The notes under the pieces: model-generated | What the model was told of the DNA's origin: nothing | What the model saw: only the letters and a program-made list of their open reading frames with translations | Databases searched by the model: none | From: Minisyncoccota bacterium | GTDB lineage: Bacteria; Patescibacteriota; Minisyncoccia; Phycocordibacterales; UBA9973 | Reading direction: 5' to 3' | NCBI GenBank assembly: GCA_041662205.1 | Contig: JBAZSZ010000001.1 | Span: 159,107 to 223,106 of the forward strand | DNA: 64,000 nt | Made by a program: the position numbers and the translations under genes | Shown: positions 49,291-58,384 of the stretch, one piece after another | Position numbering within the stretch: the stretch's first letter is position 1 | Layout: the number at the start of each line of letters is the position of its first letter

Positions 49291-49374
49291 TGCCCAGGGA
49301 GAGAATCGAACTCTCATGATGTTGCCATCAATAGATTTTGAGTCTATCGCGTCTACCAATTCCGCCACCTGGGC
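49291..49374 (-). tRNA. tRNA-Leu (anticodon CAA), type II with a long variable arm
   Basis: Acceptor GCCCAGG/CCTGGGC, anticodon loop CTCAAAA, variable hairpin TGATGGCAACATCA, T-arm GAGAG-TTCGATT-CTCTC. 84 nt. Confidence 0.85.
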
Positions 49375-49447
49375 AATGTTCACATTCTACATAAAAAACA
49401 TAGTAAAATCAATTGTTTTAAATAAAATTTTTATGTTAAAATAAAAC

Positions 49448-50464
49448 ATGTCTAATTTATATTCCAATTCAATTTTCTGGATTGATACCGATAAAATAAA
49501 ACCAAATCCTTTTCAGCCAAGGCGGGATTTTGATGAAGCTCGCTTGGCTGATTTAGCAGAATCCATAAAACAATACGGTGTTCTCCAGCCTCTTATAGTT
49601 TCTCGAGTAGAATTAGAAAAGGAAGGCGGTGATGGATTAGTGACTGAATATGAATTAATAGCAGGGGAACGAAGGCTCCGAGCTGCCAAGATCGCAATGG
49701 TGTCGCAAGTGCCAGCAGTAATTCGTACTGGAGATACGGCTTTGATGAAGCTAGAGCTTGCTATTATCGAAAATTTGCAACGTGAGGATCTAAATGTCAT
49801 TGATAGGGCTCGAGCTTTTTTTCGTTTGGTTACTGAATTTAAATTTACTCACAATGAAGTTGCAAAAAAAATGGGCAGAAGTAGGGAATATGTTTCAAAT
49901 TCTTTGCGTATTTTGACTTTACCAGAAGAAATTTTGAATGGTTTATCTGAGGGTAAAATTTCCGAAGGACACACTAGGCCGATTTTGATGCTCGCAGATC
50001 ATCCTCAGGAACAATTAGTTTTATTTAAAGAAATTGTCTACAAAAAAATCACAGTGCGTGAAGCAGAAAGGTTAGCGAGAAAAATAGCTTATGATCGAGT
50101 CCGTAAGAAAGAATTTATGCCGGATCCTGAAATCACTGAGCTAGAAGAAGAATTTCAAGAGAAATTAGGTACTCGTGTTCATATCGATAGAAAAGAACTA
50201 GGCGGACAAATTAAAATTGACTTTTTTTCCACTGAAGATTTGCGGACGATTTTAGACTTGATTAAAAAAGGAGAAGTCGAAAAAAAGCCAGGTGAAATGT
50301 TGGAGAATCATATAGCAAACGAAGAGAACACATCGTCCATAACGCAAGAACCTAGTGTCTTAAATGATGAGAGTATACCACTAGACGATAGAAATAAAGA
50401 AGAAATAGAAAAAGCTAACGAAAGTGATGCTGATTTATATAATATTTCCAATTTTAGCGTCTAA
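49448..50464 (+). CDS. parB: Chromosome partitioning protein ParB/Spo0J
   Basis: ParB box GERRLRAAKIA, an HTH and an acidic C-terminal tail. No parA in the window. Confidence 0.85.
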   Translation: MSNLYSNSIFWIDTDKIKPNPFQPRRDFDEARLADLAESIKQYGVLQPLIVSRVELEKEGGDGLVTEYELIAGERRLRAAKIAMVSQVPAVIRTGDTALMKLELAIIENLQREDLNVIDRARAFFRLVTEFKFTHNEVAKKMGRSREYVSNSLRILTLPEEILNGLSEGKISEGHTRPILMLADHPQEQLVLFKEIVYKKITVREAERLARKIAYDRVRKKEFMPDPEITELEEEFQEKLGTRVHIDRKELGGQIKIDFFSTEDLRTILDLIKKGEVEKKPGEMLENHIANEENTSSITQEPSVLNDESIPLDDRNKEEIEKANESDADLYNISNFSV

Positions 50465-50471
50465 TAGACAA

Positions 50472-51941
50472 TTAACTTCGACCAAAAGATATAAGCTTGG
50501 CAAGAAGACTATTTTTTTCTAAATATGACTTTATGTGTTTTCTGGCGAGAGAAGTTTTGGCATATTCAAGCCATTTACTGGAAGGTTTGGAATCTTTTTT
50601 CGTTATTATTTCGACTATATCTCCATTTTTTAATTTTGTAAAAATTTGAGACATTTTACTATTTACTTTAGCTCCAGAAATATGATTTCCTATATCCGTA
50701 TGTATTGAATAAGCAAAATCAATTGGGGTTGAATCTTCGGGCATATCTACGACATCTCCCTTGGGTGTAAAAATAAAAATACGATCATTAAAAAAATCCA
50801 TCCTGAGGCGCTCGATAAATTTCATTGGATCATCAGGGGAATAATTGAGTTCCTTTAGTTCCTCTATCCATTTAAATTTATTTGTATCTTCTCTAGATTT
50901 TTTTTCACCTTTTTCTTTATAGGCAAAATGCGCAGCGATACCATATTCAGCTTCTTCGTGCATCTCCTTTGTTCTGATTTGTATTTCAGCTGTTCCTCCG
51001 GCGCCGGTAAATATTGTAGTATGCAAGGATCTATAACCATTTGGTTTGGGAACAGCTATATAGTCCTTGATCCTGCCTGGTAATGGATTCCAAATAGAAT
51101 GGATTAACCCTAGAACTCTATAACAATCCTCTATTGAATTTACTATTACTCGAAGAGCGACTACATCATAGATTTTTTCTATATCCTTATCATGTTTAAG
51201 AAGTTTTTTATATAAACTGTATTTATGTTTTATTCGGTAATCAATTTCTTCTACTTTTATTTTATTTTTTTCTAATTCTTTTTTTAATTTTTCACTTACT
51301 TCTTTCAAATTTTTTTCATGTAGTTCTTTTTTTTCTTTCAGCATTTCTTCTGTCTTCATATATTCATTCGGATATGCATATGGAAAAGCAGCGTCTTCTA
51401 TCTCACCTTTGAGTTTTCCCATTCCTAGTCTATTTGCTAAGGGGGCATAAACTTCAATAGACTCTACAGCTATCCTAGCCCTCTTGTCCTCCCTAACATA
51501 TTGTAAAGTGCGCAGATTATGTAGTCTATCAGCAAATTTAATAATAACTACTCTTAAATCATTAGCCATTGCAATAAAAAACTTACGTAAAGATTCTACA
51601 TGCCTTTCATGTCCGCGATATTTTAAGGCTCCGAGTTTTGTAACTCCTTTTACTAAAAAAGTTATTTCTTCACCAAATTCTCTCAGCATTTCTTCTTCAG
51701 TGATAGATGTGTCTTCGAGCACATCGTGCAGAAAACCAGCTGCGATAGTTTTACTATCCATTCCAAGTTGGGCTAAAATTTTTGCAGTTTCTAAGACATG
51801 TATGAAATAGGGTTCACCATTAAGTCTTTTTTGGCCTGTGTGCGCTTTTTCCGCAAAAATATAGGCATGCTCAATCAAAGCCAAATCTTTTGGCTTCATT
51901 TCTCCATTTAGATCAAGTATGTCCTTGATATGGTGGTCCAT
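50472..51941 (-). CDS. rel: Bifunctional (p)ppGpp synthetase/hydrolase (short Rel/SpoT)
   Basis: HD motif (HDVLEDT), RelA/SpoT synthetase region and a TGS-like C-terminus. Confidence 0.85.
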   Translation of the reverse strand: MDHHIKDILDLNGEMKPKDLALIEHAYIFAEKAHTGQKRLNGEPYFIHVLETAKILAQLGMDSKTIAAGFLHDVLEDTSITEEEMLREFGEEITFLVKGVTKLGALKYRGHERHVESLRKFFIAMANDLRVVIIKFADRLHNLRTLQYVREDKRARIAVESIEVYAPLANRLGMGKLKGEIEDAAFPYAYPNEYMKTEEMLKEKKELHEKNLKEVSEKLKKELEKNKIKVEEIDYRIKHKYSLYKKLLKHDKDIEKIYDVVALRVIVNSIEDCYRVLGLIHSIWNPLPGRIKDYIAVPKPNGYRSLHTTIFTGAGGTAEIQIRTKEMHEEAEYGIAAHFAYKEKGEKKSREDTNKFKWIEELKELNYSPDDPMKFIERLRMDFFNDRIFIFTPKGDVVDMPEDSTPIDFAYSIHTDIGNHISGAKVNSKMSQIFTKLKNGDIVEIITKKDSKPSSKWLEYAKTSLARKHIKSYLEKNSLLAKLISFGRS

Positions 51942-51965
51942 GTTTTAATGATAACACTTATTTAT

Positions 51966-54212
51966 TTAGTCTTCAATTTTCTTTATTTTGTCTGGGCGAA
52001 AGTTTGGGCAATCTTTTTTACTACATCTCTCTGGAATAGTTTTTGTGCCTTCCATCATTAGACTCCCACATTCTTTACAGATATTGCCGGTCGGTTTTGC
52101 TTTGATGGCAAATTTACAATCTGGATAATTTGAGCAAGAATAAAAAATTCCAAATCGTCCACGTCGCTCGGAGATATCTCCTTTTTTACAAACTGGGCAA
52201 ATTACCCCAGTGCGTTTTTTTGCTTCTTCTGCTTCATCTTTTTTTATAAATTTACATTTAGGATAGCGTGAACAAGAAATAAAAGTTCCAGTGCCATCGC
52301 GTCTTTGTCGTACCACGAGCTTGCCTCCACCTGACTTGCCTTTTTTTTCTCCACACTCTGGACACATTTCACCAGTTTCCTCAGGGCCTTTTAATTCTGT
52401 GCCATCGAGCATTAAAGCTCCTTCACAATCAGGATATTTTGAACAGGAATAAAATTTTCCCCCGCGAGAAAGCTTGATAATCATAGAGCTATCACATTTT
52501 GGACATTTTATATTTTTTGGCGCCTCGCCCAGATTTGTCGCTTTTTCTAATTTTTCTTTTGATTTTACATCTTTTGAGAACGGGATATAAAAATCCTTTA
52601 ATGTTTTTTCATATTCTCGCTCGCCTCTTGATATTTCATCTAATTCATTTTCCATCTCGGCGGTAAAGGTATCAGAAATATAATTAGCAAAATGTTTTTC
52701 TAAGAAGTCTGATACTACCTCGCCTACATCTGTGGGGAATAATGTTTTTCCTTCTTTCTTTACGTACCCTCTGTCTTCGATTGTTCTCATGATAGATGCA
52801 TAAGTTGAGGGTCTGCCGATGCCTCTTCCTTCCAGCTCTTTAATTAGTCCTGCCTCAGAATATCTGCCTGGAGGTTCTGTAAATTTTTCTTCTCCATTTA
52901 ATTCAAGTAATTTTAATTTTTCTCCCATTACGCAAAGTGGAAGTTCCACATCCTCACCTCGGGCGCCAGTATCTACCGCAAGCCAACCAGGGAAAAGTAA
53001 ACGGGAGCCGGTGGCTGTGAAGTCAGGTAATTCGGACGTTGGACGTCCAGAAACCGGACGTCCAACGTCCGAATTTATATTTGCAGTAACTTTTGTTTTA
53101 AGTAATTTTGCATCTGTCATTTGTGATGATACAGCGCGTTCCCAGATGAGACGATACAATCTGCTCTGATCATCATTCCCAGCGTGAAGGTTTTCTACAT
53201 GAGTCGGGCGGATAGCCTCGTGTGCTTCCTGGGCATTTTTTGATTTTGTTTTATAGATTTTAGTTTCTGCATAATTATTTCCATATTCTTTTTTTACAAA
53301 AGATATGATTTGGGCTTGAGCGGCACTAGAAAGGTTTGTACTATCTGTTCGCATATAAGTAATATGTCCAGCTTCATAAAGTTTTTGTGCTATTTGCATC
53401 GTGCGTGAAGGAGAGTATCCGAGTCGGGAACTAGCTGTCTGTTGAAGGGTAGAAGTAGTAAAAGGCGCACGTGAAGAACGTTTTTGTTCAGTTTCTTTTA
53501 CTCCTTTTATTATCCAAGCGCCTTTTTTGCCTTCAGTCATTATTTTTTCAAATAATTTCTCGTCTCGTGGCTCCTCAGAGCAGGTGAGTGTAATTTTCTC
53601 TTTTTTTTGCGTCTCGAACAATCCAAATATTTTCCAAAATTTTTCAGGAATAAAAGCACGAATTTCTCGTTCTCGTTCCATTATAATACGTAGCGCGGGA
53701 GATTGAACACGGCCAGCGGAAAGTCCATATCTCACTTTTTTCCAGATAAGTCCACTTAAATCATATCCTACCAATCTATCGAGTACTCGGCGTGCCTCTT
53801 GAGCTTTGCGTAAATCTGTATCAATTTTTCTTGGATGTTTTAATGCTTCTTCCACCGCTTCTTTAGTAATTTCATGAAAAGCTACTCGTGCTATTGGCGC
53901 TTTTACTTTTTTGTCTTGATTGAGAAGTGTTTCAATATGCCAAGCAATAGCTTCTCCTTCACGGTCAGGGTCTGTCGCTAAAAGTATTTCATTTGCTTTT
54001 TCTGCAAGCCCTTGAAGTTCATGTACGATTTTTTCTTTGCCTTTTGAAATTTCATAATGCGGAATAAAACCTCCCTCGATATCGATGGCTTGTTTGTTTG
54101 ACTTAGGTAAATCACGAATGTGTCCTACTGAAGCGCGTACAGTAAATGCGCCCTCGAGGTATTTCTCGATAGTCTTCGCTTTTGATGGTGATTCGACAAT
54201 TAATAATTTCAT
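51966..54212 (-). CDS. topA: DNA topoisomerase I with multiple C-terminal zinc ribbons
   Basis: TOPRIM N-terminus (MKLLIVESPSKAKTI) and at least four Cx2C...Cx2C ribbons. Confidence 0.9.
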   Translation of the reverse strand: MKLLIVESPSKAKTIEKYLEGAFTVRASVGHIRDLPKSNKQAIDIEGGFIPHYEISKGKEKIVHELQGLAEKANEILLATDPDREGEAIAWHIETLLNQDKKVKAPIARVAFHEITKEAVEEALKHPRKIDTDLRKAQEARRVLDRLVGYDLSGLIWKKVRYGLSAGRVQSPALRIIMEREREIRAFIPEKFWKIFGLFETQKKEKITLTCSEEPRDEKLFEKIMTEGKKGAWIIKGVKETEQKRSSRAPFTTSTLQQTASSRLGYSPSRTMQIAQKLYEAGHITYMRTDSTNLSSAAQAQIISFVKKEYGNNYAETKIYKTKSKNAQEAHEAIRPTHVENLHAGNDDQSRLYRLIWERAVSSQMTDAKLLKTKVTANINSDVGRPVSGRPTSELPDFTATGSRLLFPGWLAVDTGARGEDVELPLCVMGEKLKLLELNGEEKFTEPPGRYSEAGLIKELEGRGIGRPSTYASIMRTIEDRGYVKKEGKTLFPTDVGEVVSDFLEKHFANYISDTFTAEMENELDEISRGEREYEKTLKDFYIPFSKDVKSKEKLEKATNLGEAPKNIKCPKCDSSMIIKLSRGGKFYSCSKYPDCEGALMLDGTELKGPEETGEMCPECGEKKGKSGGGKLVVRQRRDGTGTFISCSRYPKCKFIKKDEAEEAKKRTGVICPVCKKGDISERRGRFGIFYSCSNYPDCKFAIKAKPTGNICKECGSLMMEGTKTIPERCSKKDCPNFRPDKIKKIED

Positions 54213-54262
54213 TAAGCGTAAGTATTACACGAAATTGTTTTTCAATGCAACTTTTAATAAAT

Positions 54263-55123
54263 TTATAAAAGTTTTATTTCACCACTTTCTTCCTTAATCA
54301 ATCCTTTTATTTCCATAATAGATAAAAGGGCATTTGCAGCAGGTGTCGACATTTTAAGAGCGCGAATTAAATCATCTCGAGGTATTGGTTCGCGCAAAAA
54401 ACTTGCAACCTTTTTTTCGTCAGGCAATAGATTAACAAATAATTTAGCTTGCCTCTCTTTATTTTTAGGAAGTTCAAAACCTAATGCTTCTAAGACATCC
54501 TCTGAACAAGTGACGGGTGTGGCTCCTTGATGTAATAATTTATTTACTCCTTTTGAATTTGGAGAAAAAATTGACCCAGGCACCACTAATAAATCTCTGT
54601 TGTATTCTGTTGTGAGCCTAGCTGTGATCAGTGTTCCGGACCTTTCCTCAGCCTCTATAATGAGTACTGCTTTTGAAATACCAGCCATCAGCCTGTTTCT
54701 CATGGGGAAGCTCCAATATGTCGCTTTGAAATCAGGTTCAAATTCTGAAATTAAACATCCGCCATTTTCAACGATTTCATTCATTAGTCTGACGTTCGTT
54801 TTTGGGTACATTGCTTCATCTGATAATCCTGAACCGGGAAAAACTAAAGTCTTGAGTCCTACTTGCATCGCTTTTTTGTGAGCGATAGTATCTATACCCA
54901 TAGCAAAACCGGAAACTATTGCTATAGGGTAGTCTTTCAACCCAGCAATTATTTTTTCACAAGCTTCACGTCCATAAGAGGTGAATTTTCTCGAACCTAC
55001 CACACAGAGATATATCAAATTTTCTTTTGGCAATTCACCGATAATCCAAAGATCTTCCGGTGGCTGGGGAATTTCTAAAAGTGCCTTCGGAAATTTATTT
55101 TTTGGTAATTTTTGAATTTTCAT
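54263..55123 (-). CDS. dprA: DNA processing protein DprA/Smf
   Basis: Rossmann-like core (VVGSRKFTSYG...GFAMGID) with a C-terminal winged-helix-like tail. Confidence 0.8.
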   Translation of the reverse strand: MKIQKLPKNKFPKALLEIPQPPEDLWIIGELPKENLIYLCVVGSRKFTSYGREACEKIIAGLKDYPIAIVSGFAMGIDTIAHKKAMQVGLKTLVFPGSGLSDEAMYPKTNVRLMNEIVENGGCLISEFEPDFKATYWSFPMRNRLMAGISKAVLIIEAEERSGTLITARLTTEYNRDLLVVPGSIFSPNSKGVNKLLHQGATPVTCSEDVLEALGFELPKNKERQAKLFVNLLPDEKKVASFLREPIPRDDLIRALKMSTPAANALLSIMEIKGLIKEESGEIKLL

Positions 55124-55146
55124 AAATTATAGTATACTATATATCT

Positions 55147-56415
55147 ATGTTAGATATAAAATTTATTCGTGAAAATAAAGATATTGTGCAGGCGGGCGCG
55201 AAGAAAAAAAATATTGAGATAGATATCGATGCACTCATTGCACTTGACGACACTCGACTCAAAGAACTCAAAGAAGTAGAAGAGCTTCGCAGCGAGGTAA
55301 ATAGAGTTTCCAATGACATATCTCGCGATCAGGATCCTGCATCTAAAATTCAATTAATTGAGGAAATGCGCCTTGTGAAAGATGATATTAAGGCTAAAGA
55401 AGAAAAATTAAAAACAACAATAGAAGAGTGGCAGAAGATAATGGTGCAAGTGCCAAATGTTCCAGATATGTCTGTACCTGATGGCGTAACGGACGCTGAG
55501 AATAAAGAAATAAAAACTTGGGGTGAAATTCCAAAATTTGATTTTACTCCCAAAAATCATATTGAATTGATGCAAAATTTAAGAATGATTGATGTTGAAC
55601 GCGGTGTAAAGGTAGCTGGCTTTCGTGGATATTTTTTGAAAGGCGATGGTGCTTTACTAGAATTTGCTTTATGGCAGTTTGTACAGGATTTCTTTTTAAA
55701 GAAGGAGGGTTTTGTTCCGATGATAGTGCCATCCTTAGTAAAACGAGAAGTATTTTTAGGTACCGGATATCTTCCCCAAGGAGAAGAAGATTTATATAAA
55801 ACACAAGATGGTGATTATTTGGCGGGCACAGCAGAAGTAGCCATGATGGGACACTATATGAATGAAATTTTAGATAAAAAAGATTTACCCATAAAAATGC
55901 TTGGATTCTCTGATGCATTTCGTCGTGAGGCAGGAAGTCATGGTAAGGATACGAAAGGGATTCTCCGTGTTCATGAATTTTATAAATTTGAGCAAGTAGT
56001 ACTTTGTGAAGCGTCCCATGAGCAATCAGTAAAGTTTCATGAAGAGATAGAGAGAAATACAGAAGAAATCACCGAGGCTCTCGGTCTACCATATCACGTA
56101 GTAGCAAATTGTGGGGGAGACCTAGGATTAGGTCAAGTAAAAAAATACGACATAGAGGTCTGGATGCCATCTGAAAATAAATATCGCGAAACAGGTTCAG
56201 CTTCATATTTTCATGATTTTCAGACTCGCAGATTAAATATTCGTTATCGAGACGATGATGGAAAACTTAAATTTATTCATTCTTTAAATAATACTGCGCT
56301 TTCTGGTAGACCACTCATAATGATAGTAGAAAATTATCAACAGGCAGATGGTTCGATAAAAATTCCAGAAGTTTTGCGTAAATATATGGGGGGAAGAGAG
56401 TTCATAACTCAGTAG
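55147..56415 (+). CDS. serS: Seryl-tRNA synthetase
   Basis: N-terminal coiled-coil arm plus class II motifs. Confidence 0.9.
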   Translation: MLDIKFIRENKDIVQAGAKKKNIEIDIDALIALDDTRLKELKEVEELRSEVNRVSNDISRDQDPASKIQLIEEMRLVKDDIKAKEEKLKTTIEEWQKIMVQVPNVPDMSVPDGVTDAENKEIKTWGEIPKFDFTPKNHIELMQNLRMIDVERGVKVAGFRGYFLKGDGALLEFALWQFVQDFFLKKEGFVPMIVPSLVKREVFLGTGYLPQGEEDLYKTQDGDYLAGTAEVAMMGHYMNEILDKKDLPIKMLGFSDAFRREAGSHGKDTKGILRVHEFYKFEQVVLCEASHEQSVKFHEEIERNTEEITEALGLPYHVVANCGGDLGLGQVKKYDIEVWMPSENKYRETGSASYFHDFQTRRLNIRYRDDDGKLKFIHSLNNTALSGRPLIMIVENYQQADGSIKIPEVLRKYMGGREFITQ

Positions 56416-56438
56416 GTGATTCTACTGAATCAAATATT

Positions 56439-57311
56439 ATGAAAAGAAATGTTTTAAATTCTCCGGGTCTTTTAGAATTAAAAAAAAGAAGAAATAAGGT
56501 TTTTCTAAATAAGACGCTCGTCTTTTTATTTGGACTTTTGTTAATTTTTTTATTTTTAGTTTTTCTTTCTCGTCTTAACAGTGTGAATATAAGTAAAGTA
56601 GATATCTTGGGTAATAAAGTTCTAGAAACAGAAATATTAACAAATGCAGTAAAAAAGCAGATAAATGGTAAATATTTATGGATTTTTCCTAAGACTAATA
56701 TTTTTATATATCCTAAAAATACTATTGAGAAAGAACTTCAGAATGAATTTAAAAGAATAAAAAATATAAATTCAGTGATTGAAAATACTAAAACTTTAGA
56801 AATATCTTTAGTTGAAAGAGAAGCGAAATATACTTGGTGTGGAGAAATGCCAGACCAAGCGATGAAACCGTTGGAAACCAGCGGTTTCATCGCTGAAGAT
56901 CGAAAGTGCTTTTTTTTAGATGAAGATGGTTATATTTTTGATGAAGCACCATATTTTTCAGGAAATATATATTTTAGGTTTTATGGTATTCAGTCTGATT
57001 TTTATTTTTCTAAAGAGAATTTTAAGAAATTTATTTCATTTAAAGATACACTTATTGGTATTGGATTAAAACCCGTTGCTTTATATGTAACAAATAATGG
57101 AGATATTCAGATATTTCTTTTAAGCGGAACTTCTTTTGAAACAGCACCAAAAATAATTCTCAAAGCTGATGCTGATTTTCAAAATGTTGCAGAGAATTTA
57201 CAGGCTGCCCTAGACACTGAACCCTTAAAATCAAAATTTAAAAATAAATATTCAACTTTAGAATATATTGATTTACGTTTTGGAAATAAAGTTTATGATA
57301 AATTCAAATAA
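56439..57311 (+). CDS. FtsQ/DivIB-like membrane protein (POTRA domain)
   Basis: N-terminal TM, POTRA-like region and a C-terminal IDLRFGNKVY pattern. Confidence 0.45.
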   Translation: MKRNVLNSPGLLELKKRRNKVFLNKTLVFLFGLLLIFLFLVFLSRLNSVNISKVDILGNKVLETEILTNAVKKQINGKYLWIFPKTNIFIYPKNTIEKELQNEFKRIKNINSVIENTKTLEISLVEREAKYTWCGEMPDQAMKPLETSGFIAEDRKCFFLDEDGYIFDEAPYFSGNIYFRFYGIQSDFYFSKENFKKFISFKDTLIGIGLKPVALYVTNNGDIQIFLLSGTSFETAPKIILKADADFQNVAENLQAALDTEPLKSKFKNKYSTLEYIDLRFGNKVYDKFK

Positions 57312-58302
57312 AGACAATTTTTGGAAAAATCTCCAGAAACCATTTTTTTGCCTAGCTCCGATGTCGGATGTTACTGACATAGCCTTCCGTTCTATATTAG
57401 CAAAATATGGTAAAGACAGAGAAAATAAAAATAGGATTGTTTTTTGGACAGAATTTATTTCTGCTGATGGTCTAGCAAATAAATTTGCCAGAAAAAAACT
57501 AGCACACATATTGAAATTTAAAGAAATAGAAAGACCAATCGTAGCTCAAGTATTCGGTGCTAATCCTGAAAATATGAAAAAAGCCTGTCAATATATAGCC
57601 AGTCTTGGTTTTGATGGGATAGATATAAATATGGGTTGTCCAGATAAATCTGTGGTGAGTCAGGGGGCGGGGTCTGGTTTGATTAAAACTCCTAAACTTG
57701 CAAGAAAAATTATCCAAGCGGTCCATGAGGGTATAGAGTCTGCTGGATTACATATTCCTGTATCAGTCAAGACAAGAATTGGTTTTTCTAAAGAAGAGAT
57801 AGATGCTTGGATAGGAGAATTATTAAAAGAAGACTTTTCTGCTTTGACGATTCATTTGCGTACTACTAAAGAGTTATCCCTGGTGCCGGCAAATTGGAAT
57901 CATATTAAAAAAATAAAAGAGCTTATAAAAAAAAGCGGAAAAGATGTGACACTTATCGGCAATGGAGACGTAAGGGATTTAAAAGATGCAGAAGAAAAAG
58001 CCTTGGAGTATGGCTGTGATGGAGTGATGATCGGCAGGGGAGTTTTTGGTAATCCATTTGTCTTTGCTAATAAAAACATTTCGTCCATTTCGGAAAGGTT
58101 AAAAATCTTAGTAGAACATACCCAGATCTTTGAGAAAGAACTTTCAGGACCGAAGCACAAAAGTTTTGCGGTGATGAAAAAACATTTTAAATCTTACGTA
58201 AATGATTTTCCTGGCGCCAAAGAACTTCGTGTAAAATTGATGGAAACTGAAAACGCTAAACAAGTAGAAAAAATAATCAATAATTTTTTAAGAAAAATTT
58301 AA
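57295..58302 (+). CDS. dus: tRNA-dihydrouridine synthase
   Basis: FCLAPMSDVTD and TIM-barrel Dus motifs with a catalytic Cys. The start is probably MINSNKD rather than the track's 57268. Confidence 0.8.
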   Translation: MINSNKDNFWKNLQKPFFCLAPMSDVTDIAFRSILAKYGKDRENKNRIVFWTEFISADGLANKFARKKLAHILKFKEIERPIVAQVFGANPENMKKACQYIASLGFDGIDINMGCPDKSVVSQGAGSGLIKTPKLARKIIQAVHEGIESAGLHIPVSVKTRIGFSKEEIDAWIGELLKEDFSALTIHLRTTKELSLVPANWNHIKKIKELIKKSGKDVTLIGNGDVRDLKDAEEKALEYGCDGVMIGRGVFGNPFVFANKNISSISERLKILVEHTQIFEKELSGPKHKSFAVMKKHFKSYVNDFPGAKELRVKLMETENAKQVEKIINNFLRKI

Positions 58303-58309
58303 CACGTTG

Positions 58310-58357
58310 TTGACATATATACATATATTGGTAGATTGAACATAGAACGATGTTCAA
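58310..58357 (+). promoter_or_regulatory. Putative promoter (TTGACA-16-TAGATT) overlapping a perfect 8-6-8 palindrome (ttgaacat-agaacg-atgttcaa)
   Basis: Seen directly in the sequence, 28 nt upstream of the TTG start of the ParB-like gene; this geometry is typical of an operator. Confidence 0.4.
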
Positions 58358-58384
58358 TAATAACTTAAAAGGAGGTAGTAAGAA

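Noticed and set aside
49380-50470. parS-like sites (TGTTTCACGTGAAACA) near parB
   Set aside because: No match better than chance was seen by eye in the parB flanks; a computational scan is needed.
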